Shown: positions 43,832 to 53,222 of the stretch, piece by piece
Position numbering within the stretch: the stretch's first letter is position 1
Layout of the letters: each line of letters begins with the position of its first letter
Assembly: GCA_965237955.1 (NCBI GenBank)
Contig: OZ250169.1
Location: 7,040,001 to 7,104,000 of the forward strand
Length of the DNA stretch: 64,000 nucleotides
Reading direction: 5' to 3'
From: Candidatus Marinacidobacterales bacterium
GTDB taxonomy: Bacteria > Acidobacteriota > Vicinamibacteria > Marinacidobacterales > SMYC01
Program-made: the position numbers and the translations under genes
Notes under the pieces: generated by a model
The model's database searches: none
Told to the model about the DNA's origin: nothing
Seen by the model: only the letters and a program-made list of their open reading frames with translations

Positions 43832-45175
43832 ATCCCTGAGCCCGAGCGTTTCTGGGAACAGGTCCTTCAACTCATCGAAGACGAGACCGTCATTCCCATT
43901 GTGGGACAAGACCTTCTCGAGGTGGACCATGACGGCCAGCAAACGCTCCTCTACCCGTTGCTCGCGGCCGAGTTCGCGCAACGCTTTGCGATCTCGTACT
44001 CCGATTTACCGCGTGGCGACGAGCTTCAGGAAGTCGCGCGGCGGTACCTGGCGACGTCGCACGACGTCCAAGATATCTATCGCGAGCTCAGGGTCATCTT
44101 GCGGGAGCTCGAGCCGATCGCCATTCCGAAGCCACTGGCTCAACTGGCCAACATTCCGAAGCTCAAGCTCTACGTCACAACCACGTTCGACTTCATGATG
44201 GAGCGCGCGATCAACGCCGCACGGTTCGAGGGGCAGCGACAGACGCTCGCGTTCTCCTATGCTCCCAATGACAAACAGGATCTTCCCCGAGAGTTCGACC
44301 GGCTGAATCGGCCGACGGTGTACCAGCTCATGGGGCGCTTTTCGGGCACGCCGCATAGCTACGCCGTCACCCACGAGGACACGCTCCGGTTCGTTCAATC
44401 CCTGCAGGCAAAGACGGAAGACTCGCCGAATATATTGTTCGACAAGCTCAAGAGCGGAAACCTTCTCATCCTCGGTAGCCACTTCGCTGACTGGATCGCG
44501 AGCTTCTTCATTCGTGGCGCGAGCGGAGGCCGGCAGATCGAGATCCCGATCGACTTCGCCGTCGAAAGCGATGCTCGCGGTCGAGTGCTCTTCCTTCAGC
44601 GTTTCAGCGGAGGCACCCGAGTCTTCCGCGGCGAAGGCGCGACCGGGTTCGTGGACGAGCTATCCCGCCGGTGGACCGAGTTGCAGCCGGAGGACGAGCC
44701 GGAGTCCCCGCCGTCGATAGGCGAATTGCAGTCCGGCGCGGTGTTTTTGAGCTACGCGCGCGGGGACCTGAGCGTGGCCGAGTCGATTCGGGACGCTCTC
44801 GATCGCGGCGGCGTCGATGTCGTCTTCGCGAGCGATGATTCAGCTGTCGGGGACAAGCGGGAGAAGAAGCTGAGAAGCTTCCTCGGCGAGTGTTCGCTGT
44901 TCATGCCCGTGGTCTCGAAACGTTCGATGACTGCCGAAAGGCGCTTTTTTCGCGCCGAGTGGGTAGAGGCTATATTAGAGGCGAGAAAAGCCATTCCATC
45001 GGGGCGGTTTGTCCTCCCGGTGGTCGTCGACGATACGTCACCGGCGGAGTCCGCAATTCCGGAGGAATTCGGTAAGCTAGATTGGAAGAGATGGACGAGC
45101 GGCAAACCCAACTCCAAGTTCGTGGAGACAGTCGTGCAGCTTCAGCGAAGCTACCGGAGCGCGAGTTTCGCATGA
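43832..45175 (+). CDS. SIR2-like + TIR domain protein
   Basis: VIPIVG, YVTTTFD, VYQLMG, LLILG (SIR2_2-like); VFLSYARGD, FFRAEW, VLPVVVD (TIR_2). Frame is open from ATC 43832, 6 nt after AGGAGG. Confidence 0.85.
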   Translation: MPEPERFWEQVLQLIEDETVIPIVGQDLLEVDHDGQQTLLYPLLAAEFAQRFAISYSDLPRGDELQEVARRYLATSHDVQDIYRELRVILRELEPIAIPKPLAQLANIPKLKLYVTTTFDFMMERAINAARFEGQRQTLAFSYAPNDKQDLPREFDRLNRPTVYQLMGRFSGTPHSYAVTHEDTLRFVQSLQAKTEDSPNILFDKLKSGNLLILGSHFADWIASFFIRGASGGRQIEIPIDFAVESDARGRVLFLQRFSGGTRVFRGEGATGFVDELSRRWTELQPEDEPESPPSIGELQSGAVFLSYARGDLSVAESIRDALDRGGVDVVFASDDSAVGDKREKKLRSFLGECSLFMPVVSKRSMTAERRFFRAEWVEAILEARKAIPSGRFVLPVVVDDTSPAESAIPEEFGKLDWKRWTSGKPNSKFVETVVQLQRSYRSASFA

Positions 45176-47898
45176 ACACCGAGGTCTCCTCGTTCCCGTC
45201 CAGTGTCGGTGTCGGTGTCGGACTCAATGACGATAATCCGTGGCCTGGGCTCCTGCCCTTCGAAGAAGCGGATTGGAAGTACTTCCACGGGCGGGAATTC
45301 GAGTCGGAAATGTTGTACCGCCGTGTCGAGCGCGAGCGGCTGACCATCCTGTTCGCGCCTTCCGGCCTGGGAAAATCTTCGATCTTGCAAGCGGGTCTGT
45401 TCCCGCTCTCGCGTCGGGAGAACGTCTTACCCGTCTACATCCGCCTCGACTTCTCGCAAGACAAGCCCGAGCTGTGCGGCCAAGTGAAGACTGCGATCGT
45501 CCGCGAGGCAGAGCGCGCTAACGTCGAAGCTCCCAAGCCCGAGCCCAAGGAAACATTGTGGGAGTTCCTGCATCGCAAAGATGCCGGATTCTGGAGCGTC
45601 CGCCATCAAGTTTTGAAACCGCTTCTGATCTTCGATCAGTTCGAGGAAGTGTTCACCTTGGGACAGCGCGACCGATCGCGCGCGCACGCGACCAACCTGT
45701 TCCTCACCGAGCTTTCCGATCTCGTCGAAGCGCGACCGCCAGTCCAGCTGAAGTCCAGACTGGAAATGGAGCCGCCCAACAAAAAGGAAAGTGAAGCCGA
45801 ACGTTTCGCCTTCGATCGTCACCGTTACAAGATTCTCATGAGCCTCAGGGAAGATTTCCTTCCCGACCTCGAAGGGCTTGGAGAGCGTATGGGCTCGGTC
45901 GCGCACAACCGCTTCCGCCTCGGACGCATGAACGGCGTCGCCGCGCTTCAAGTGGTCACCCAGGCGCCTCACATCATCGCCCCCGACGTGGCCGAAAAAG
46001 TGGTGCGCTTCGTCGCTGCCTCGGAGAAAGATGAATCGCTCGTCGATCTGGAAGTAGAACCGGCCCTTCTCAGCGTCGTATGCCAGGAGCTCAACAGCCA
46101 ACGCCAGGAGCGCCGCGAGGCACGCATCACCGAACAGACTCTCGAGGGATCTCAGAAACAAGTTCTCGCCGACTTCTACGAACGCAGCATTGCCGATCTC
46201 AGCGAACCGGTGTGTACCTTCGTAGAAGAGAAGCTCTTGACGCGCAGTGGTTTCCGCAATCTCGTCGTCTACGAGGAAGCCATCAGCGCGCCCGGCGTGA
46301 CCGAGGACGACATCGAAGAGCTCGTCAAACGCCGCTTGGTACGGATCGAGGAGCGCGGTCACCTGCGTCTTCTCGAGCTGACCCACGATCTCCTCACCGG
46401 AGTGGTGACCGCAAGTCGTGACGAGCGGCGCCGGCGCATCCGCGAAGCGGAAGCGGTGCGTAAAGTGGAGGAACAGCACCGGAAGAGCCTGAAAAGGGCA
46501 GCCATCTTGCTCGCCGGATTCCTGCTCGCCGTAGGCGCGCTCGGAGGTTTGGCGTGGGCTTACTTCGCGCAACGCCAAGCGACGGAGCTGGCACAGGCGA
46601 AAGAAGCAGCGGAGATGGCCGCGGACGAAGCGTCCCAACAGCGAGCGATCGCCGAATCGCAACGACAACAAGCGGAACGACTGCAGCGCGACGCCGAAAG
46701 AGCGCGTGAGCTCGCCGAGTCGGCCGCGGCTGAAGCATCGCTCCAGCATTCGATCGCGGACACACAGCGCGAAGAGGCAGTGCGACAAGAACAAGAGGCT
46801 TCGAACGCGCGCGCGGAGGCGGAGATGGCCGCCGACGACGCGTTGCTCCAAAAAAACTTGGCGGACCGACAGCGAAGCATAGCGGAACAGCGACAACAAG
46901 AGATCGAAGACAGTCAGAAACAGGCTCAGGAGACGAACGACGCCTTGGTCGAAGCGCTCAGGGAACGACTTTCCAGTCCGGACCCTGGTGAGGTCGTCGG
47001 CGCGCTCGATATGCTCGTTCGCGGTAGTCAAGACACGGAAGTCATCCTCGCCCGAGTGGACGACGAGTGGTTCGCATCCACTCGTGAGTTCGTCCCTCTC
47101 CTCGTGGCCTTGGACGCGCTGGCACCCAACCGGCCGAGCGAGAGGTCGAGCGCGCTCCGGGCCATGCTCGTGACCCGTTTCAGTCAACAACCAGGCTACA
47201 ATCCGCCGCCACCGACGCTGTACGGAGTGCAGCGCATCAAGCTCGCCGGCGGGGAGTTCCAAATGGGAACCGCTGAGCCATCGGGCAATCGCGACAATGG
47301 CGACGACCACGGTGGGCACCGGGTGCGCGTCTCACCGTTTTATATTCAGCAGCACGAAGTGACCAGCGCTGAGTACCGCCGGTTCGATCTAAACCACAAC
47401 CCCGGCGCGCCGGACGGCCATCCGGTGACGAACGTCAGCTGGTACGACGCGATGGCCTACGCCGCGTGGCTCGGTGGAAGCCTTCCCACAGAGGCACAAT
47501 GGGAGCTTGCGGCACGTGGTCAGGCGGGACGATCCTACCCCTGGGGGGATGAAGCACCTACGCCGACTCACGCAAACTACAATCGAGTCGGCACGACGCC
47601 GACAGGAGAGTTTCCCGATGGAGCAACGCCCGAGGGCGTGCACGATCTGGCGGGGAACGTTTGGGAGTGGTGTCGCGACGGCTCGTCGCCATCAACAGCA
47701 CGAGCACTCCAGCCGAACGTGATCCTCGTCGATCCTGTTGGCTCGCAGAGGACCAACACTCGAGTGTTGAAGGGCGGTTCTTATTTCAACGACGAACGGT
47801 TTCTCGTCGCCGCACAGCGCAATGTCCTTCATCCGGACGCGAGCGAAAGCGTCGTGGGTTTTCGCGTGGCGTGGCCGGCATCGCGTCCGACGCCGTGA
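45172..47898 (+). CDS. nSTAND1 NTPase-TM-coiled coil-FGE/SUMF1 domain protein
   Basis: NPWPGLLPFEE, APSGLGKSS, LIFDQFEE, LSLRED-like motif, ELTHD; TM; EVTSAEY, HPVTNVSWYDA, LPTEAQWE, DLAGNVWEW, GFR; ATGA overlap with upstream gene. Confidence 0.9.
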   Translation: MNTEVSSFPSSVGVGVGLNDDNPWPGLLPFEEADWKYFHGREFESEMLYRRVERERLTILFAPSGLGKSSILQAGLFPLSRRENVLPVYIRLDFSQDKPELCGQVKTAIVREAERANVEAPKPEPKETLWEFLHRKDAGFWSVRHQVLKPLLIFDQFEEVFTLGQRDRSRAHATNLFLTELSDLVEARPPVQLKSRLEMEPPNKKESEAERFAFDRHRYKILMSLREDFLPDLEGLGERMGSVAHNRFRLGRMNGVAALQVVTQAPHIIAPDVAEKVVRFVAASEKDESLVDLEVEPALLSVVCQELNSQRQERREARITEQTLEGSQKQVLADFYERSIADLSEPVCTFVEEKLLTRSGFRNLVVYEEAISAPGVTEDDIEELVKRRLVRIEERGHLRLLELTHDLLTGVVTASRDERRRRIREAEAVRKVEEQHRKSLKRAAILLAGFLLAVGALGGLAWAYFAQRQATELAQAKEAAEMAADEASQQRAIAESQRQQAERLQRDAERARELAESAAAEASLQHSIADTQREEAVRQEQEASNARAEAEMAADDALLQKNLADRQRSIAEQRQQEIEDSQKQAQETNDALVEALRERLSSPDPGEVVGALDMLVRGSQDTEVILARVDDEWFASTREFVPLLVALDALAPNRPSERSSALRAMLVTRFSQQPGYNPPPPTLYGVQRIKLAGGEFQMGTAEPSGNRDNGDDHGGHRVRVSPFYIQQHEVTSAEYRRFDLNHNPGAPDGHPVTNVSWYDAMAYAAWLGGSLPTEAQWELAARGQAGRSYPWGDEAPTPTHANYNRVGTTPTGEFPDGATPEGVHDLAGNVWEWCRDGSSPSTARALQPNVILVDPVGSQRTNTRVLKGGSYFNDERFLVAAQRNVLHPDASESVVGFRVAWPASRPTP

Positions 47899-47929
47899 GT
47901 GCATATCCGCATACACCTCGGGAGCAAAC

Positions 47930-49480
47930 ATGATCCGCGGCGTGGCGCTCGGCTTTGCCTTCACATTTGTTGGTACTTGTCTAGGTTCTGGCTCAATCGG
48001 TCTCTCGCAAGAGACGACGTCGACGGCACGGGAGCTCGGCGAGATCGAGCATACGCCCGCACCGTGTATGGACACCGAAGCGTTCCCGCTGATCGAAGCT
48101 CACGCTTCGAGCACGGCGGTCGCACGACGTTTGACGAGGCTGACCATTCGCTTCAAAGCCGAAGATGACGCCGCCGGTTGGTACGAGACGTCGTTTCGCT
48201 CGACGGCAGGCACCACGTTTCAGGGAGCACTTCCCAAACCGCTTCCCGATGCCGGCCGGGTTACGTATTACTTCACGTCCGCCGGGCGCCGGACCCCCGA
48301 CTACCTGGTGCCGGTTTTGATGGGCGGTTGCCCGGGAGCACGCACCGCATCATCCGACCTCGCCGATAACATTCGCGTGCGCCGGACGTCGGACGATCAA
48401 AGCCCAATCCCGACGGGGTTCAGCGCCGATGGAATCCGTACCGGTGGTTCGATATCTGGAATGACCCTCGGGATCGTGGCCGCCGCAGCCGGCGGAGCCG
48501 GTGTCGCGGCTCTGGTGATCTCCGGCGACGAGACTCCCCCCGAAAACGGAGGCGGCGGTCCCCCCAACCCGGAAGCGGTCCGTGCCTGTTTCACCCCGGA
48601 TCCGATCCCGAACATCAATTCGGGAGAAACGATCCTGTTCGACGCGTCGTGCACCACTCCGGCGACGGTGACGACGTATCAATGGGACTTCGGTGACGGG
48701 ATGACCGCGCAGGGCTCGAGCGTAGAGCATTTGTTCACGCCGGGAGCCATCTACTCGGTGACTCTCACCGCTACCGACGGGCCGCGCTCCGACAGCACGT
48801 CCCGGCTCGTCCGCGTGATCGCCACACCCAGTGCGTGCTTCATCACCAACCCCGACCCTCCCCGCATCGCCGCCAACGATACGGCCAATTTCAATGCCGA
48901 ATGCTCGGTCGGCGACCGCGATGGTGGTGCCGCCGAGATTACGAGATACGAGTGGGACTTCGGCGATGGCCGCCCTGGAGCGGAAGGTGTCTTCGTGTCG
49001 CGCCGGTTCCCGAATCCGGACGTGTTCGGTGTTCGACTGACGGTCACGAACGGGGACGAAATTCAGGACACGAACACGCAATTCGTCGTTGTCGAGAGCG
49101 AAGCGACAGCGAGTCGTGAGCCCACGCTTCGAGCGACGGACGTCACCTTCACCAGCGAGCTCGAGCTCCCTGAAGGAGACGAAGGCGTGCGCGCTCGAGT
49201 CTCCATCAACAACACGGGTCTCGTCACCACGACGGCCCCCTCCCGCCAGCAACATCGACTGCGAGGTCGACCGGGCGAAAACGTGATCGAAGCCCGGCTT
49301 TTAACAGAGGCGAGCGGTCCCGGCCGATGGCGATTCGATTTCAGCGGTGCCGCGAACTTCGTAGCCGGAAGCCTCCGCGTCGACTCCGGCCAGGCACTCG
49401 CGGTGGACAGTCACAGCGTCGTGTTCCGCCTGACGGGAAAACCGGGCCCGTTCGTTCGCTTCCGCTTCCGCCTCGAGTAG
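47930..49480 (+). CDS. Exported protein with two PKD domains
   Basis: Signal peptide; two Y.WDFGDG motifs; internal hydrophobic Gly/Ala segment. Confidence 0.82.
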   Translation: MIRGVALGFAFTFVGTCLGSGSIGLSQETTSTARELGEIEHTPAPCMDTEAFPLIEAHASSTAVARRLTRLTIRFKAEDDAAGWYETSFRSTAGTTFQGALPKPLPDAGRVTYYFTSAGRRTPDYLVPVLMGGCPGARTASSDLADNIRVRRTSDDQSPIPTGFSADGIRTGGSISGMTLGIVAAAAGGAGVAALVISGDETPPENGGGGPPNPEAVRACFTPDPIPNINSGETILFDASCTTPATVTTYQWDFGDGMTAQGSSVEHLFTPGAIYSVTLTATDGPRSDSTSRLVRVIATPSACFITNPDPPRIAANDTANFNAECSVGDRDGGAAEITRYEWDFGDGRPGAEGVFVSRRFPNPDVFGVRLTVTNGDEIQDTNTQFVVVESEATASREPTLRATDVTFTSELELPEGDEGVRARVSINNTGLVTTTAPSRQQHRLRGRPGENVIEARLLTEASGPGRWRFDFSGAANFVAGSLRVDSGQALAVDSHSVVFRLTGKPGPFVRFRFRLE

Positions 49481-49536
49481 TGCTCGAACCCGCCGCCTTA
49501 GAAGGGCGTTGCAGGCTCGAGCCTTTCTTAGCAAGT

Positions 49537-49609
49537 CCCTCTCTATCTGCTTCGGCGGGTCCGCCGTAGCCTTTGGCGGAGGCGGAGGGGGAGAGGACAG
49601 GTGAGGGGG
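49537..49609. repeat. Nested REP-like palindromes
   Basis: CCCTCTC...GGGGAGAGG..GGTGAGGGG encloses TCCGCCGTAGCCTTTGGCGGAGGCGGA; similar outer motif at 3878-3905. Confidence 0.55.
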
Positions 49610-49802
49610 ATCTCCCGGCCCCCCCGTGACGACGAACGCGTAACGCGTTACCGTCCGTAACAGTGTCCTGTGGAAATCTTGGACCACGTGAGTCAACACG
49701 TCGACGGCCCCACGTATTTAACATAATCGGCGCACACGTGTCCGCGCGAGGCAAGCAAGAGCGACGATGCTAGACCCCACCGAACCAAGCGTGCCATCAC
49801 TT

Positions 49803-51730
49803 AGGGCCGCCGACAAAATAACTGTCTAGTTTTGAGCACACTCTTCCTGTTTCAGGTCGTGATCGCGATGTCGCCTGGCATCACGAGAGCCTGGCAAGCT
49901 CCCTAGAAACGGAACATTTGTAGATCTTCAGCAACCAGCGCGTGTTTGACAAACGGTCCTCATTTTAGGTAGGATTACACCTATCAAGGAGCACTTCTCC
50001 TATTATAAGACCTACGAGCTATCAGTCTGAAGATCTCGACCGCCTGTTGAGGAAGCACAAAATAGCTACCCTCGATGATTTGAAGGCAGTGTTGGGTACC
50101 GATGTGGACTCGACCGTCTTCCGAAAGCTCAATGAGTTGGCGTATCGGACAAGCTACTCCCACCGTGGTAGCTACTACACGTTGGACGAGATCGCCCAGT
50201 TCGATCGAAAAGGTCTTTGGTCGTTGCGCTCAGTGTGGTTCTCGAAGTACGGGACGTTGCTTGCGACGGTAAAAGCGTTGGTCGCGGCCTGTGAGGCAGG
50301 CTACTACGTCGACGAGCTCGAGGACGAGGTGCAGGTTGACGTCAAGGCTCCTCTGTTGAAACTGGTCCGAGAGAAAAGATTGGCGCGCGAGCAGGTGTTC
50401 GGCCGATATCTGTATCTGGCCACCGATGTGAGCACGCGCAAGCAACAGCTCTCGGCCCGCCAGGTACATGAGGCGTCACCTTCCACGTTGGGCTGGGTCG
50501 GGGGAGTCCGCGTGCTCCCCGTGGAGTTGAAGGCTGCGATCGTTCTTTTCTACAGCCTGCTCGATGAAAAGCAGCGCCGTCTCTACGCGGGAGTCGAGGC
50601 CATGAAGCTCGGTCACGGTGGCGACCAACAGATTGCCGAACTGCTCGGGATGGATCCGAGCACGGTAGCCAGAGGTCGTAGGGAATTACTAATGAGAGAT
50701 GTTGCGCTCGACGGAGTTCGGCGAAAGGGTGGCGGACGGCGCGCCGTGCAAAAAAAACGCCAGAAGTCATCGCCAAGATCGAAGAACTCATGAAGCACGA
50801 CACCGCGGGCGATCCGATGACGGGAGTGAAATGGACGCGGCGGACCACCGACAAGATTGCTTGCGAGCTAAGAAGCCTCGGTGTGAACGTCAGCAGCAAA
50901 ACCGTCGGTCGACTGCTCAAACAGCTCGGCTTCTCGTTGCGGGTGAACCACAAGAAGCTGTGCGGTGCCACGTCCGAAGATCGCGATACCCAATTCGCGT
51001 GTATTGCCGAACTGCGCGAGCGTTTTGCCGCAGCTGGTCATCCCATCATCAGCGTAGACACGAAGAAACGGGAGCTGGTGGGATTATTCAAAAACGGCGG
51101 GTAGGCCTGGAACCGCGAGCCGACTCTCGTCAAAGACCATGACTTCCGTTCCGAATCGAACGGCATCGCAATCCCCTACGGCGTCTACGATCTGCTCGCG
51201 AACCGCGGGACAGTGTTCATTGGTACCTCGTACAACACCCCGGACTTCGCCGTGAATGCCATCGAGAAGTGGTGGCGAACGGAAGGACGGCGACGCTATC
51301 CTGCAGCCCGTGACCTCGCGATATTGGCAGACGCCGGGGGCAGCAATGGCTATCGGTGTCGGGGTTGGAAGCACGGGCTTCAAACGCGGATTTGCAATCG
51401 CCACGACATCGCTATCACCATAGCCCACTATCCGTCCGGTACATCCAAGTGGAATCCAGTGGAGCACCGTCTGTTCAGCGAGATCAGCAAGAACTGGGCG
51501 GGCAGGCCTCTCGACAGCTACGAAACCATCCTCAAATACATCCGCACGACCACCACCTCTTCCGGTTTGCGAGTACGCGCACACCTTATCCGGCGTCGTT
51601 ATCCGAAGGGCGTCAAAATCACTGACGAGCGGATGCAGGCGCTTTCCGTTACAAAGGACCAGACTCTACCCAAATGGAACTACACCATCCGACCGTCTTG
51701 AAAACGGGAACTTATTTTGTCGCCGGCCCT
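49803..51730 (+). mobile_element. ISAzo13-family insertion sequence
   Basis: IRs AGGGCCG(C/G)CGACAAAATAA at 49803-49821 and 51712-51730. Confidence 0.88.
50047..51701 (+). pseudogene. ISAzo13 transposase; -1 frameshift at A8 (50750-50757) and in-frame TAG at 51102-51104
   Basis: LDEKQRRLYAG, TAGDPM..KWT, ISVDTKKRELVG.FKNGG*, DHDF, DAGGSNG, GTSKWNPVEHRLFS, WNYTI. Confidence 0.9.
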
Positions 51731-52800
51731 TAGTGGACGCGCCACTCCACGATGGCGACGTCGCTCAGAGAAAGCGAGCCGCCGGGCTCGAGGCGGGTCA
51801 CCCGTTCGCCGGCCTCGTCGTCGAAGACGCCGTTCGAGCTCGCGGTGTCGATGGCGTACAGGACGCCCGCGATCTCGATGATGAGGAGGTGCACGCGCGA
51901 CACCGCCCGGTCGGAGAGAACTTTTCCGACATCGCAGCGGCGAGAGCGGCCGAGTAGAATTCCCGCTTGTACGGCGCGCCGACCCAGGATGACCGTCGAT
52001 GAACCACGCGATGAAGTGATGAGCAACTCTCCAAACGGCGTCTCGTTCTCGTCGACGAGCTCGTGGACCGCCATCTCGGGACCGGCGATATTGTGAACGA
52101 GGGTTGGAGACGAGGAGAGGTCGGGCAGATCATCGACCTCCCATGCTTTGTCGCTGTTGGCTTCCCACTCCCGCGATTTCTCTTCCGTCTCGACCTCGTC
52201 GAGGTAGAGGCGGGCCGGAATCCGAGCCCAGCCCGCTTCGGGATCTTCCGGCCACGGCTCGTCCGCGCCGCCCGTGGCCCCCATGGAGAAGACCAGCAGG
52301 TCATAGTGGCCCACGCGAATAAACGCAGGTCCGTCCGCTTCGAGGGCTCGGAGCCTCTTTCTTCGCTCGTCGAGAAACGCGCTCGCGGAGCGCAAGTCCA
52401 GCAGCCGATAGCGGCACGCGCGGCCTGCCGCCTGGCTCGGATACAAAAGCACCGCCACGTGGCGCAGCGACAGGCTTCGGTCGTCTTTGAGGCGGAGGTC
52501 CGCCTTGGAATGTCGACCGATGATGGCGGTGCTCACCAGATCCGGCTTCGCTGCTAGAAACGCCGCTCCATGCACGGCGTCCGGGCTCATCGCGAGCAGG
52601 GTAACACCAGCGCGATCCGCGTGGGCCATCAGCCACTCGCGGATCTGCGGGTAGTGCTTGGTGAACTGCTCCTCGAGCGGCATGCGAGTCGTCGACGGCA
52701 AGTCGTCGACGGACAGCCCAAGGATGGTTTTTTCGTCTTTAGACGCAGGGCCGGGGTCAGAGTCGTTGTTGACCCAAAAAATGCGTGACTCGTCGCTCAC
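51730..52800 (-). CDS. Tandem FHA-domain protein
   Basis: IIGRHSKADL...LSLRH and LLGRSRRCD...VSRVH...DTASSNG. Confidence 0.85.
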   Translation of the reverse strand: MSDESRIFWVNNDSDPGPASKDEKTILGLSVDDLPSTTRMPLEEQFTKHYPQIREWLMAHADRAGVTLLAMSPDAVHGAAFLAAKPDLVSTAIIGRHSKADLRLKDDRSLSLRHVAVLLYPSQAAGRACRYRLLDLRSASAFLDERRKRLRALEADGPAFIRVGHYDLLVFSMGATGGADEPWPEDPEAGWARIPARLYLDEVETEEKSREWEANSDKAWEVDDLPDLSSSPTLVHNIAGPEMAVHELVDENETPFGELLITSSRGSSTVILGRRAVQAGILLGRSRRCDVGKVLSDRAVSRVHLLIIEIAGVLYAIDTASSNGVFDDEAGERVTRLEPGGSLSLSDVAIVEWRVH

Positions 52801-52953
52801 AGGGACCCCGGCGCCTATTATGTGCGACGAGGCACCCCGCGCTCAACAGACGCCGGGTCACGGCTTGGAGCAGAGAGGCGGCTTACTGTCTGGTTCAGCG
52901 ATAAACGCCGCGCATACCCCCGCCTTCCAAAACGAGAGAACGTTGGCCGCCGG

Positions 52954-53199
52954 TCAGCTCGGATCGCTTTCCAAATCGTCCTCGGTGGCGGTCGATTCGT
53001 CGTCGTCGTCGTCGTCGTCATCGTCGCCCTCGTCTTCGAGGAACTCTTCGCCGATGGTGCGATCCTCGTCGAACTCGTTCTCGTCTTCGTCGTCGGCATC
53101 TTCTTCAATGTCTTCGGTGGAATCGGAGTGTTCAGAGGAATCGGACGACTGGTCGTCGTCTCGAGGCTCGGGCGATGCCAGCCAACTGCGGTGGGCCAT
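52954..53199 (-). CDS. Small, very acidic disordered protein
   Basis: 81-aa D/E-rich ORF; TGgTATAAT 8 nt before ATG. Confidence 0.55.
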   Translation of the reverse strand: MAHRSWLASPEPRDDDQSSDSSEHSDSTEDIEEDADDEDENEFDEDRTIGEEFLEDEGDDDDDDDDDESTATEDDLESDPS

Positions 53200-53222
53200 G
53201 GCGAGGGATTATACCAACAGTG

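Noticed and set aside
47200-47898. FGE domain as a diversity-generating retroelement target
   Set aside because: No reverse transcriptase and no template repeat seen in the window
50750-50757. A8 frameshift in the ISAzo13 transposase as a lesion
   Set aside because: Slippery A-runs with -1 frameshifting are common in IS transposases, so it is probably programmed; the TAG at 51102 is the real lesion
19850-51104. Amber recoding (pyrrolysine or alternative code) from two in-frame TAGs
   Set aside because: TAG terminates many normal genes here, a TAA lesion also occurs, and no pyl genes are present
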